A stretch of DNA of 64,000 nt from Nageia nagi (taxonomy: Eukaryota > Plantae > Pinophyta), in contig JBITNC010000001.1 of the NCBI GenBank assembly GCA_050084985.1, positions 3,472,001 through 3,536,000 of the forward strand. The letters run 5' to 3'. The notes beneath the pieces are model-generated. The model had not been told where the DNA came from, made no database searches, and was given only the letters and a program-made list of their open reading frames with translations. Position 1 is the first letter of the stretch. The number at the start of each line of letters is the position of its first letter. Both the position numbers and the translations under genes were made by a program. This document shows positions 12,789-25,500 of this stretch, piece by piece.

Positions 12789-15700
12789 TGTAATGTACCA
12801 AAAATAAATATTTTTTGTAAATGTCTCCTACACTTAATTATAAAAGTGAAAAAGGAGTTCATGTGACTAGGAGACATAACTTAAGTTGTGTTTATTTATG
12901 TTTTATATTTTTATTTTGTAATAGGGCACTTTAAGTGATTTTAGGGTTGGGAGATGTCAACTCCAAATTAGAATATGAGCTTATAAAGGGAAGTGGGCAT
13001 CCCATTTGAGAAAGCTTGTGGATCATCTATTTTATTATTTTTGAGTGAAGGAGATTCCTTTCTCAACCCAAGTGTGCACATGTTCATGCATATTTGGATC
13101 TCAAGGGTTGTGGGCCTTAGTCTTGGAGGTGTTTGTACACCTAGAGCTAAAGGTAGCTATTGCTTGGGAGACTTCAGGAGTTGTGGGCCTCAATCTTGGG
13201 GATGCTTGCACATCTAGAGTTGGAGGTAGCGATTTCTTGGAGAGATCTTGACGGTTGGAGGCCTTGCATGGGAGCCTAACCTCATTCTGTTGCATCATTT
13301 TCAGATCTGGCCAATTTGTGGCATTTTTGTGAGCTTGGATCTGCATTTGTGGCACTTCAGCTATTGTATTGGTTTGACATCATTTTTTTTTAATAAAATT
13401 CCTTGGCTGATTCTCTCCATTATTTTGCATATTTTTCTGAGTTTTGACATTGTTCCTTGGCTGCAAGTTTATTTCTATGTTTTGAGCATTCACTTGAGCA
13501 ATAAAAATAAAAGGAACATTACAAGTGGTATCAGAGCTTGGATCTTGCCAACCTGTGGTTAGATCTAACATTTTTCAAAGATTTGGAGTTAATGTTTCTG
13601 CAAAAAATTCAGATCTTTAGTTTCTAGCATCTGGGTGTTGAATATTTTTGGAGGATCTAATAGATCAAGGAGGTTTGCATTTTAAAAGCAATTTTTCAAG
13701 GTTAAAAGGCATTTTTTAAAGAAAATCTGCATTCCTAGACTAAGTCGTCTAGGGTTGAGAGATAAGAATTGCAGGATTGAAAGCTATTTTCAAACATAGA
13801 AAGTCTTGATCTATTATTCTAGCTAGTCAGAAAAATTTTGCTCAAGGATTCTAGGCAGAATTGGAGTTTTGAGTAAAAGATTTCTGCGGAATTTTCAGAT
13901 CTAGCATTTTTCAGTGTTTTTCAATTGTAGGTATCTCAGTTTCAGAGTTTTTCAGAATTAGGGTTGCCAATTTTATGGTGAAAATCATTTTGGGTATTGC
14001 AGATTCTTGGTAATTTGTTTGGTTGCAGAAAGAAACCCTAATTTCGTGGGTATCAGGAAACCCTACTTTGAGGGGCCATTTGAGGCCAATTTTGGAGTTC
14101 CAGCATCAGATGCAGCATACTAAGCCAAACATCTAACCCTAAGGGGTATTTTTGAGCACTTTGTATGCAATTTTAAGCTTCTAAAAGGGTCCTTTTGAAG
14201 AAAAAAAAGAAAAGTGATGTTTTTTAAATATTCTAGCAGGTGAAAGCATTTGTGGGGTGGATTTGAATACCCATTAAGCCTTACTTTGCATTGCTACCCT
14301 CAAAAAAAATTCTACAAAAATGTTTGGTATGAGATCTAGCATTTCCTATGATTTTTTACCAATTTTCAGAAATTAAATTGCAGAAATAGGGTTTGCAAAA
14401 TTATTGTAGAGTTTTCAGTTTTGGACTATCTAGGTTTTGTGGTTTGGGATCTTGTTGAAGCAAAGGTTTTTGGGGGTTGAATTGGTTAATGGTGGATCAT
14501 GGCACTAGTTGGCAAAAAAGAGGTGATTAAAAGGCTCAATTATGCCAGTGAAAAACTTAGAATTCTCTTTCAGCCAAAAGATGCTCTTATTTGAATCTTA
14601 GAAGAAGTAGAGGATTGTCTGCATATGATGGATGAGCCACAAGCAGATTTAATTCCAGTGGTAAAATCATTAAGCAAGGCGAAATGGTTGAACCACAAGG
14701 ATAAGGAGGTAAGAATTATGGTTGCCTCATGTTTGTGTAAAATATTGCAAATTTATGCACCTAGAACTCCTTATGATGACAACACATTGAGAGCAATATT
14801 TCAGCTGTTGGTTGATAGTTTTGAGGGTTTAGGAAATGTTTCAAGTTCTCATTTTGCTAGAAGGGTTTCTCTACTTGAAATATTTGCAAAAACTAGAATG
14901 GGAAATCTTTTGTTAGATTTGGGAATGGATGAATTAATCTACCAAATGTTTCATCACTTCATTGCATTAGCAAGACAAAAGCATGCTAATAATGTCATTT
15001 CAGCTATGAGAGATATTATAGTCTTGATTATAAATGAAGGTGATTATATTTACCAGCCACTCTTGTCCATGTTATTGGATGTTTGGAGGAGAAATTTGAT
15101 TTCTACTGCAGCTGCCCATTATTTGATTGATAGTGTTGTAAAACAGTGTGAAAAGAAGTTGAAATGCTTCTTTGGAAATGAAGGGTCTAAGAATGATTCT
15201 ACAGATTTTTCCCTTAATGATAAGGACTATGTTGATGAATCAGCTTTGGAAAATATGGAAAAAATTGAAATTGTCCATCAAAAAGAAGAGCTTGAGGTAA
15301 TTTGTGCAGAAAATTCTGAAGTTGTTTCCACCACTGAAAAAGAAGAAGGCCAAATAGAAAATTTTGAAGGAGAACATAATGAAGACATTTCAACATTGGA
15401 GCATGGTTCATCTTGCATGGCTGATTACATTCAAGAGATTGGTAATAGAGATGTCACTCTTTCACATGAGGTACGTTTCAAAAAAACCCAAAATATTTCA
15501 TTTTGTACACTTGTTGGGAATGAAATCAATGAAGAACATAATAATTGCATTGGAGAATTTTCAGTTAGTGACAGTTTGAATGGAGTTAAGAGAGATTTCC
15601 AAATTGAGTCCTTTGGTGATCTCATTCCTTGCAATAAAGTAGTAAAGAATATAAAAATCAGCTTTGGAAACTATGAGACTGATGAGCAATTCTTTGTTTT

Positions 15701-18700
15701 TCCATTGGGTGGTGTGCCTCATATGGTTTTGGGAGTCCAATGGCTTTGGTCTCTTGGTGATTATTCTACCAATTATCAAAAATTGGATTTAAAATTTGTA
15801 CTAGATGGCAAGAGTATAGTGCTACAAGGAATCAAGGAAAACACATCCAAAGTTGCATGCAAAATTTTGGAAGTTTCATACAAGTACATGGGAGGACAAC
15901 TCTTTGATATTCCATGTGAAGGTAAATTTACTACAGCCATGGTTCCTTCAAATAAAATGCTGATTTTTCTCATGTGGATGCATGATAGAATGTGTACAAC
16001 ACTCCCGACATGGAACATTACAGAGAAAGATACTTTTTCATGGTCATATGTGGTATCTTTCCATCTCTTTTTATGGCTTTCATTGGTATACGCATTGTTG
16101 ATTCTGTTTTCGTATTTGGAGTTGTTTTTTGAAGCCTTATATGTGGAAAGAATTGCACAAAATTCTCACTTGATGGCAACCTATGAATCTGATAAAGAAA
16201 TCAGAAAAATTACAGTAGGAAATGTGGACAATTGGTACACTTGTCACCTTACAATTCCACATGACATTCTCAGCTATTTAGACAGTTGGGATAGCCAGCA
16301 AAAAAGTATCATAATTGAAAGAATTCAAGGGATTATAGTTGCCTTGTTGATGAAGTTTTGGAATAGCAAAAAGGGGACTGATTCCACACTTTATTGGGAC
16401 ACTTGCACATACTTTGAACATGGTTTGAAAGACAAATGGGATGAATGGGTTGCACTTCTTGTTGAACCTTGGCATACATTGGTTCATAATTTTGTCTTGA
16501 TGATTTTTGATTTCATTTTGAGAATGTGTAACAGTTATAGATGGGAAACTAATCATTTCATTTTTAGATTGTTGGAGTTGGAAGACACTTTGAGCACTTC
16601 ATGGGTCTTGAAGAAGCACTTAGGCAGTCTTGATTGCATTTTTTCTACTTTTATACAGTTCATAGCACTTGTGAAAACTCTTGAGCACACTTTGGAGCCC
16701 TTGTACATCCTCAATTCAGGTTTGATTTGGAGCACACTACATTGGAGGATTTCAAGTTGGTATTTGATTATTGACATGCATAAGATGGCATAAAGTTTTG
16801 AGATTGCAGAAGTTACACAAGAAACTAATTTGATTTGTGTGTTTCTTTGGACATGCACAAAGGCAAGTTTTATATATACTTGTTGTCAAAACATTAGTAC
16901 ATCTTCCTTCATGTTTTGTACTCCACTTTGCAAGACGTTTTGGACTGTTCTGATGACAAATGGCTTGGCTGCAATTCACATGAATATGGCTGTACATTGC
17001 ATGATATTTGATGCAATAAGATTTGAGACTACTACACATGAGTTGAAAAATTGCATATGTGTTCATTTTATCAACTTAGGAAAAGTAAGATCAGAAAATT
17101 TCATATGTAAAGGTGCCTCAATCAGTTATAGAAGAAAAAAGAAGATAAATTTGAACTTGAGAATCCACAGAAACATTCTAAACAGGTACAAGTTGAATCC
17201 TGATTTTTATGACAGCAGCGCACTATTTCTTTTTAGGCATGATTTGGATGAGCTTGTTGATAGGAAACTTGGTAAGTTTCAGAAATTGGTGTCTTGTGGT
17301 GATGCCAACCTCTACACATTTGGGAAGTTAACTTACTTTCATTTTGCCATGAATTTGAGTTATACACTTTTTGCATTGGCTGGTTTTGAAGGTGTATTCT
17401 CGGTTGTGGGAGCACATAGTCATATTTGTCTTGAGAGTGAACATGAAATTATGAAGACATATTCATCCATGGTATGCACATTCAATTCAAGGTTACTACA
17501 ACAGCATAAGGGGCCATTGGAAAGGGCATGTCTATTGAGTGTTGTAAAGAAAAACATTCCTAATGAAGTTCTTAATGTTTGGCTTGGTTTAGAAGTCATA
17601 TGGGAGGAAGTAAAATGGATTTATGGCTATGATAATACTGCTGTACATACAATTTTCAGTCTCTATTTTCTTGGTATGATTTATAGCTACACTTCATTTA
17701 TGCATGGCACATTGATGGGAAACAATGAAAGCATGAGTGTAGATGATTGTGAGTCATTTATGGCTATTGGAAAGAGAAAATTAGACCTGTTATTCTTACA
17801 TTGTAGCCTCTTTCTCAAAACCCCAATCAGTATTATTGTTGGTTGGTTGATGCTCATGCATAGTACAACTATAAGGGATGGAGAATCACTCAGTTTGGCT
17901 ACGTTTTGGGAGCACAAACACCATGATTTTAAGGTTGTTATCAGAAAATCAGCCTTGTTATCCATTCAAAATGGGCTTGGTAACAAAGAAACAATATGGG
18001 GTTTTGACACACAAGTGTTTGAGACAATTTGGGTACAGTATTAATGAAATTGTGAACCATCCAACATTGCAATTGCTTGAGGACAAGCAAATTTGAGGAG
18101 GGTGGACTTGTAATGTACCAAAAATAAATATTTTTTGTAAATGTCTCCTACACTTAATTATAAAAGTGAAAAAGGAGTTCATGTGACTAGGAGACATAAC
18201 TTAAGTTGTGTTTATTTATGTTTTATATTTTTATTTTGTAATAGGGCACTTTAAGTGATTTTAGGGTTAGGAGATGTCAACTCCAAATTAGAATATGAGC
18301 TTATAAAAGGGAAGTGGGCATCCCATTTGAGAAAGCTTGTGGATCATCTATTTTATTATTTTTGAGTGAAGGAGATTCCTTTCTCAACCCAAGTGTGCAC
18401 GTGTTCATGCATATTTGGATCTCAAGGGTTGTGGGCCTTAGTCTTGGGGGTGTTTGTACACCTAGAGCTAAAGGTAGCTATTGCTTGGGAGACTTCAAGA
18501 GTTGTGGGCCTCAATCTTGGGGATGCTTGCACATCTAGAGTTGGAGGTAGCAATTTCTTGGAGAGATCTTGACGGTTGGAGGCCTTGCATGGGAGCCTAA
18601 CCTCATTCTGTTGTATCATTTTCAGATCTGGCCAATTTGTGGCATTTTTGTGAGCTTGGATCTGCATTTGTGGCACTTCAGCTATTGTATTGGTTTGACA

Positions 18701-18846
18701 TCATTTTTTTTTTTAATAAAATTCCTTGGCTGATTCTCTCCATTATTTTGCATATTTTTCTGAGTTTTGACATTGTTCCTTGGTTGCAAGTTTATTTCTA
18801 TGTTTTGAGCATTCACTTGAGCAATAAAAATAAAAGGAACATTACA
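12789..18846 (+). mobile_element. Young non-autonomous Ty3/Gypsy (chromovirus-derived) LTR retrotransposon carrying a PDS5 N-terminal domain
   Basis: LTRs 12789-13523 and 18109-18846 (TG..CA; about 7 transitions and 2 homopolymer indels seen); TSD GACAG at 12784-88 and 18847-51; PBS TGGTATCAGAGC (tRNA-iMet) 13526-13537; PPT 18095-18108. Confidence 0.93.
14499..18044 (+). pseudogene. PDS5 N-terminal domain fused to eroded Pol; one frame with stops at 14592-94 and 16791-93
   Basis: MALVGKKEVIKRLNYASEKL..KDALI*ILEEVEDCL..WLNHKDKEVRIMVASCLCKILQIYAPRTPYDDNTLRAIFQLLVDSFEGL..SSHFARRVSLLEIFAK matches the plant PDS5 N-terminal HEAT region; downstream are protease-end ([17 protein letters not shown]), RT (FVLMIFDFIL), RNase H and chromodomain remnants; the 722-aa and 404-aa track ORFs share the frame. 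Confidence 0.85.
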
Positions 18847-20259
18847 GACAGCAGTGCCTCCTCACAATCTGGCTCCTCACCACTGAAGGGGCCCTCCTCA
18901 GATCTAGATAACCACTCACGTGGTAGAGACTCCACCTCGGATACCATCAGATGGCCAATGGTGTTCCATCAATGTCGTAGATTGCCAAGATCCCTCAACT
19001 TGACAACCCTCTTAGGTGCTACACCTAAGGAATACACTCAACGCTCCGCTAAGGTTGTGTCCACCGGACGATGTTGATGTGTAGAAGTAATAATAATCAA
19101 GTTTGTCTAGCAAATGAGCCTCCAAGTCTTCTTATACTCTCAACCAGGTCTCGAATCTCACCTCGAAATCATCACTAGGCTCTAAGGGCCCAATGTTAGC
19201 CTCCAAAGGGCCTAGGATGCACAACATGGGTGCTTAGGTATCAAGCATGCCAATGTGGGATTCTTGGGTGTCATAAATGCTAGCATAGGGTCTAGGGATG
19301 CCATGCATGCCCACGTGGGTCTAGGTGTCATGCGTGGAAGCCTAGGAGTCTAGGATGGGCCAACATGGGGTCTAGGGGACTCCCCAAGGATGGCGCAAGC
19401 ACACAATCCTCTTTCCTGGTCATTTAATGTGTACAAGAACTTGGGATTCCCACAATCAAGTCCGGGATCTCCAAGTACATTAACATATCCTATTCTACAC
19501 TTGAGAGGGATACGTCCCACTAGGGGCTCACAGTGGGGTCCATAGACCAATTAATTCCTATCCCAAGTTATACAAAACAACTACAAGAAAACTTTTAAAC
19601 AAACTCCAAAAGGGATGTTATTAAGACGTTCATTTTGGCTCTTACATTATTTTTCTATAGCACAAAAGGGATGTTACACCACTTGAGTTGGAGTGAGACA
19701 AAAACATGACCCTATGTGAAGACGAGTTAATGAGGTTCCCCAAAATCGCAGGATTTTGGGGCATATTGTGTTTTGTCACAACACTATATACATCATCTTT
19801 GAGTAAAGGAGGGATCAGAGTTGCAAATCTTGATGAAACATATCATGATACAGCATTGGAGATGAATTTCAATGCATACAGGACTGATCATCTGCTGATT
19901 TCAGAGGCTGTATACATAAGGACAGTAGTTAAAAGAACATTGGCAAAAAGGGAAATGATTGGATGGACTGTTTGCTAACTTTAGAGCCTGTACACGCAAA
20001 GAAAGTTGAAGACAAAACATGGGCAGTATTAGTAACTTATTGGAACTCATTATGCACCGTTTGGGATTGAATTAAAGACAATTTTAGCTTCATATAGACT
20101 GATTAATAAGACAGTAAGGGCTGCACTGAAATTCTGGACTTATTCCCTTGTGTTTGCTGTGCTCTACTTGTTTAAGAGGACTTTTGCATCACACAAAATC
20201 TTAGTTTTGATAGAGGATCTTATTAGAAATGAGTTTATTCATGTAAGATGGTATGCAAA

Positions 20260-21050
20260 TGTAATGTCCCAAAAACGAAATTACAGAAATACAAGTATAG
20301 AAAAAAATACAGAACTGAAATATTACTCAAAAGACACCCAGAAATGAGTAATAACCAGCCAAGAGAATATATTAAAATATTGCAAGACAATACATGCGCT
20401 GGAATAATATCAAAATGCAGATATAACACCTCCAAAATGCCACAATGGACACTAGGGCTGGAATTAGAGCAAATAACCCTCAAAATGTGCCAAGCAAGAC
20501 CCCAAACATGGATCGTGAGCCTTGGGGAGGCTGAGTATCGCATCAAAACTGCAAAACTTACTACAAAACTGGAGGCAGAAGCTACCACCAATGCCACGAA
20601 TCTCCTTGGGACTATTTTTGTGTTTTTAGGGCAATCACACCTTCAATGAAATTGCCAAAGATCCCAACCATGCACCTTCAATGCACTTTGGGGTGAGCAA
20701 GACCTTCAATCTTCACTCAAGGAAACTCAAGGGTTTCAGATTTCAATTTCAATAATATCAATAACATGTCCAAAAAGGAGCATTGCATCTCCTTATATAG
20801 ACTCCAACCCTAATCTTGCATTGACCCCTCTAAGCTAATCTAAGCCATTGATTGGCTTATTTACAAATAAAAGTACTTAAAATAACATTAAAATAACATA
20901 AAAGCTTATCATAATCCAACATTGCACTTTTAAGTAGAAATCCACTAAGTGAAGTGGATTTTCGTGTGTGGACGCGATATGGAAAACTGGTCCCACTAGC
21001 GAACTTCAAGTAGCCATAACTCCTTCGTTTCTTGTCCAAAAGGGGTCATG
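20260..21050 (-). mobile_element. Partial LTR-like sequence
   Basis: TGTAATGTCCC terminus at 20260; TATA-like ctatataagg on minus strand near 20795; other end not defined. Confidence 0.4.
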
Positions 21051-21059
21051 TGACCACCT

Positions 21060-22362
21060 AAAACAAATGCCACGAGATGCTCTATCCAATTTGAAGGTGC
21101 AACAGCCATATCTGACTTGTAGAAGAAGAGATTTGTGGAAAATCCCAAATACAAGATATTTTCAAAAATAGGTTCATTACAGCAAAGGCGTTTCCCATGA
21201 TGATGAAGATCAAAAATAGAACTAAGATGGTTGCAAAAGGGGGGATTTCATAAATATAAATTAGCGGACTTCATGAATAAGATAATAAAGGAGGTACTCC
21301 ATATTGCAATATCTTGGGAAATTGATAGAAGACCAAGTCTAGATGGTAGTGGAAGGATTGAACATCTTTCACTCAATGTTGATCATGAGATTTCATATAT
21401 GATATGCCCTATTTCAGATCTTAAGTATGCTATACCAGATCCACTATGCAGTGAATCAGGCCTGCTCTTGATTAGTTTTGTCACATACAGAAGATTGGGA
21501 CAGTTTTTGAGAGTGCTCTTGGTGTTGATCTTTGGCAATGTTGCTTGTCATCAAGGTCTTGGGGCCTCCCTTGGCATGATGAGGTCCTTTGCATCCTTGA
21601 TTGTTCTTGATATTGAAGAGAATAAAGCACCACCTTGGCCATGCCCTTCTTTGAAATTGAATTAGAACATTACAACTGGTTTCAAGGTAATGATGATGAG
21701 ATTGTGATGGCATTGCTTGAGGACAAGTAATTTTGGGAGGGGTGGACTTGTAAGGTTCCCAATTTCGATTTTTAAAGTGAGTTTGGGACACTTAAAATGT
21801 CCCTAAGGACTTGCGCAAGGGGTGGGTAGTGGGGGCATAATGTAGCTAGGACCCTTACATTAGTTTATTATGTTATATTTTTATTTTTATTGACTTTATG
21901 GAGCTTTAAGTCGTGGACCCCACTCAATGCAAAATTATAAAGTTGGGGCTATATATGGAGCTTGGCTTCACACATTTGGTATATCATCTTATTTTCTCTT
22001 ATGTCATTTTGGATTCCTTCCAAGGTTCCATTGAGACAAGGCTGATCCTTGCTCATTCTTCTAAGGATTGGTTATGATCCCTCTCTTCAAGGAGCCTTAA
22101 TAGTATAGACAAGTGATGGTCCTTACTATTTGATTAGAGATTGAGATGCAAATCTACCCAAGGTTTGCTACAAAGCCACAAATGGAGATTGCAGTGGGTT
22201 TCAATGTGATTTGGTCAGTTATGTTAGTTTCAATCTAGATGAGTTAGTGTGTATGGTGGTTATGGCATTGTAGTCTAGAATTGTTTTTAGTTTGTTGTGG
22301 CTTGTTTGTGTTGTAGAAGGGGTAACGTTGGCCTCTAGGAGGCTAGATCTCATGTCGTTACA
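21060..22362 (+). mobile_element. 3' end of another eroded chromovirus-derived element with probable 3' LTR (21749-~22362)
   Basis: ttgcttgaggacaagtaattttgggaggggtggact|TGTAAGG: same pre-PPT and PPT signature as at 18073-18108 and 58497-58535. Confidence 0.6.
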
Positions 22363-22599
22363 TGATTTTATTATTAAAATAAAATATATTGTGTGGTATT
22401 TTCTAGGTTTCATATATTTTCTAAGTAATTTGCAATTGTAGTTAAACTTATAGCTAGGGTTTATATATTCTATTTGGCTCATTTTACTAAATAGTTTTAT
22501 CTTTTTTGAATCAACTAAAAAAATTTCATCCAAATCTTCCAACTTTGCAAACAAACAACTATTGTCCAAGATTTTTCAAAGAGGAGTGGGAAGTACAAT

Positions 22600-25500
22600 T
22601 GATTGTTGCTACTCACGAAAACAGACCAATTAAATCAAATGGACACATATGGAATCAACACATGAATAGGACAATGAGTTTGGATGAAAATTCTAGTTAG
22701 ATTCCATGAAAGTAGAAACAAATTCAGAATATCTTATCTAACTTTCGTATTATGAATCAAGCAACAATCGTAGATTAGTTTCAAACACTTTGAGAAATAA
22801 AGCAATGATATGTTCCCTACAACTCACAAGTTTTCAAAGGAAAGATGCAAACGTGCACAAACTAAATATGAAAGCCATTCAAGATACGATTCACAACACC
22901 AAAATGAAATATCAATCTTGGTCTTTGACTCAAATCACTTTGTATTGATTTTGAAAAAGGAGTGTGCAAAAGTTTACAAGTGTGCTCTCAACTTTCAAAA
23001 GTTTCTTCTCTCAAGTATGGAGCTCTTACAATAATGAGGTCCCATGCCTCTTATTTATAGACAATTTTGAAACCTTGATCCCTAATTGCGAAATCATAAG
23101 CTAATTACATGATAATTGAATGCTAATTGAGATTACATTTCAACTTAATGGAAATCCAGTAAGACAAAATTTGGCTAAAACATGGCACTAATGCTAAAAA
23201 TAAGACCCTAAGTATTTTGCCGATGGCGAGAACATTGGTTGCACATGAAACATGATGGTATCTTCAAAATATTCTCCCATGAAGGTTTCTATATTCTGAA
23301 TTCAAAAATTGATGATTCGAGTATTCCTTCATTTGCCAGCAAGTGTTCCAGGATGAGATGGCTTGTTTTCTCCATTTCTTTGCACCAAATGGTGAGTCTA
23401 CTCCCTCCTTTCATCCGTTTTCCTCTCTTTAGGCCTTTGATATCTTCTGAACATAGCAAATCCTAGAGTTTGGAATGGACTCCTTCCATTACCGAGGTAT
23501 GTTCTTTGATTCTACCATTTTCTTCAACCAAGGGTATTTGAAAGTCATATTTGCCAACTTATTTTTTGATGGTGGCTTTGAGTTTTGTTCTGGTGTCAAT
23601 AAAATCTTGGATTTTGACCTTGGCATAATGCATGATATCGTATAGATGGAACCAATCATAGCAAGAATCAAGAATAATTGGTTTTTGAGAAGTCCTTCTC
23701 CTTATGTCGTGCATTACTAAGTAAGCTTCTCTCCATCTACCAATCAATGTCTCATTTTTCTATGCTTGAGCGAATGAACCATTTTCTTCAATGTAGAAAT
23801 TTTCTACATTCAAAAAAACCTTCTTAATAGCATCGATTAAGCTTTTGGTCCACTCTTGTTTAAAGGTAGTAAGTCCAGTGTTCAAGTTTACCTACTTCCT
23901 AATATCTTCAATAGTTAGGTGAGCAACTTCCACTTCTTCAGCAATTCTTTCCTAGGTGGCCACTTTTTTCTTGAGTTCTCGGATTTGCATGTTTTTGTAG
24001 GTACTTGCCTCTCTCAATGCCTTGGCATTTGTGACAATGGTGTGCTCCATTCCCAATGGACCCATTATCTCTACAAGTGTTTCTTCTACTTTGACTGTGA
24101 GAACAAACTTACCAGTTCCAACCTTGTTTTTCCTAGAATAGAGCTTGTCTTTGTAGGTGACCTTTCTTGCCGTAGTGATGAGGGTATCAACCTGTTGATG
24201 TACCTCATTTTCATCTTTAGAATCTTCTCCTTCAAAGGGATGATAGACTCAGGTTTTCCAACACAACAGCCATATCCAAACGTGGTTCTTCGTGGTGATT
24301 TTCATAAGCAACCATTTGTTTATCGTTATCACTAATAACATCATGCTCTACTTGTTTCCTTTTGTTGCCCTGATCTTCATTCTCTCTTTCATCTTCTGGA
24401 TTCCGTTCATCTCCTGATGAGGATACCATTTCCCTTGACCTAGAAGTAACTTGTTGAGCTGCTATGGGAGTCTTCTTCGAAGGTGGGGGTGTTCTTGATG
24501 ATCTTTGTGGAATAGCAGATTTTGAAGTTGTTGGCGCTGCAGCTTCTTGTACAATCATATCAATCATGGGATTATCTATGATAGGAATTTCTAAAATATA
24601 GTAGCCAAATATATAGAAATAATTTATAGAAAAATTATTCAAACCCTAGTTGCCCAAAAAACTAAAAATATGACAGCAAATAATTCAGATTTATTTATTG
24701 TCGTAAAGTAGAAATCTTACAACACCAAATTTGGCCAAAAATGGCTAAGTGCTTGGCTACAAAGGACCAAGATTAATACTGAATGTTGTTGAAATTTATT
24801 TTCAATTTTCTAAATTCTCCCATGGCTTGATTGTTGCAAATCCCACAGGAAAACTCTCATAGGCTAGATGTCCCACCTGGAGAGGATTTGGAGGCTATTC
24901 CTTCCGTCAAAACTCACTTTTGATGCCCTCAACTAGCTGATTTGCAGATAGCTCCGAAAATCGCACAAATACAAACCCTAGTTGGATTTGTCAACAATTC
25001 CTAAGTATTAAACTAGTTGGCCTAGCTTCTCCAATGGTAGATCTAATGGAAACTCATATCCCTTGCAGGTATATCCAACAACCTACAAAAGCCAAATCTC
25101 TTGCCAAGACAAAAGCCCAAGAACACACAAGTATTCTCCCAAATCAACAAATATCAATTCCAAAGCTACCCGTAAAATGAGCTCTCCCTTCCTTCTATAA
25201 ACAAGGATAAGAAAGGAGTATTAAATCTCAACCTTAGATTCATTGAATGGCTACGATTTAATCTTGGAGCCATGCCACTCTCTTTTCATGCCTCCACTTT
25301 CTTCAAAAATGTCACTTTGTTGTATATGACAATTACAACTGCTGGAAATGTTAAGTATTGTCTTGGATCTTGACTTTTCAACTCCACTATCTTGCCCAAT
25401 AATTAAATAAAGCTTTAATTTGCCATAACAGCAACTACAAATTCCAAAACGTGTACAAAGCCACATGCATTTAATAATGCCTTATTTTAGCCATAAAACA

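Larger units (their letters stand above)
12397..19678 (-). mobile_element. ~1.2 kb LTR with adjacent PBS, split by the PDS5-carrying element (12397-12788 plus 18852-19678)
   Basis: TGTAA..TTACA ends; PBS TGGTATCAGAGC on minus strand at 12384-12395; the rejoined sequence is the reverse-complement homolog of LTR 54413-55532. Confidence 0.75.

Noticed and set aside
16030-16150. Envelope or membrane protein call for the hydrophobic stretch in the fusion ORF
   Set aside because: It lies where RT-proximal Pol would be; T-rich drift readily gives F/L/I/V runs; no signal peptide or other support.
14625-16793. Host PDS5 gene
   Set aside because: Only the N-terminal ~220 aa are present, intronless, between LTRs with TSD, PBS and PPT, and fused to Pol remnants.
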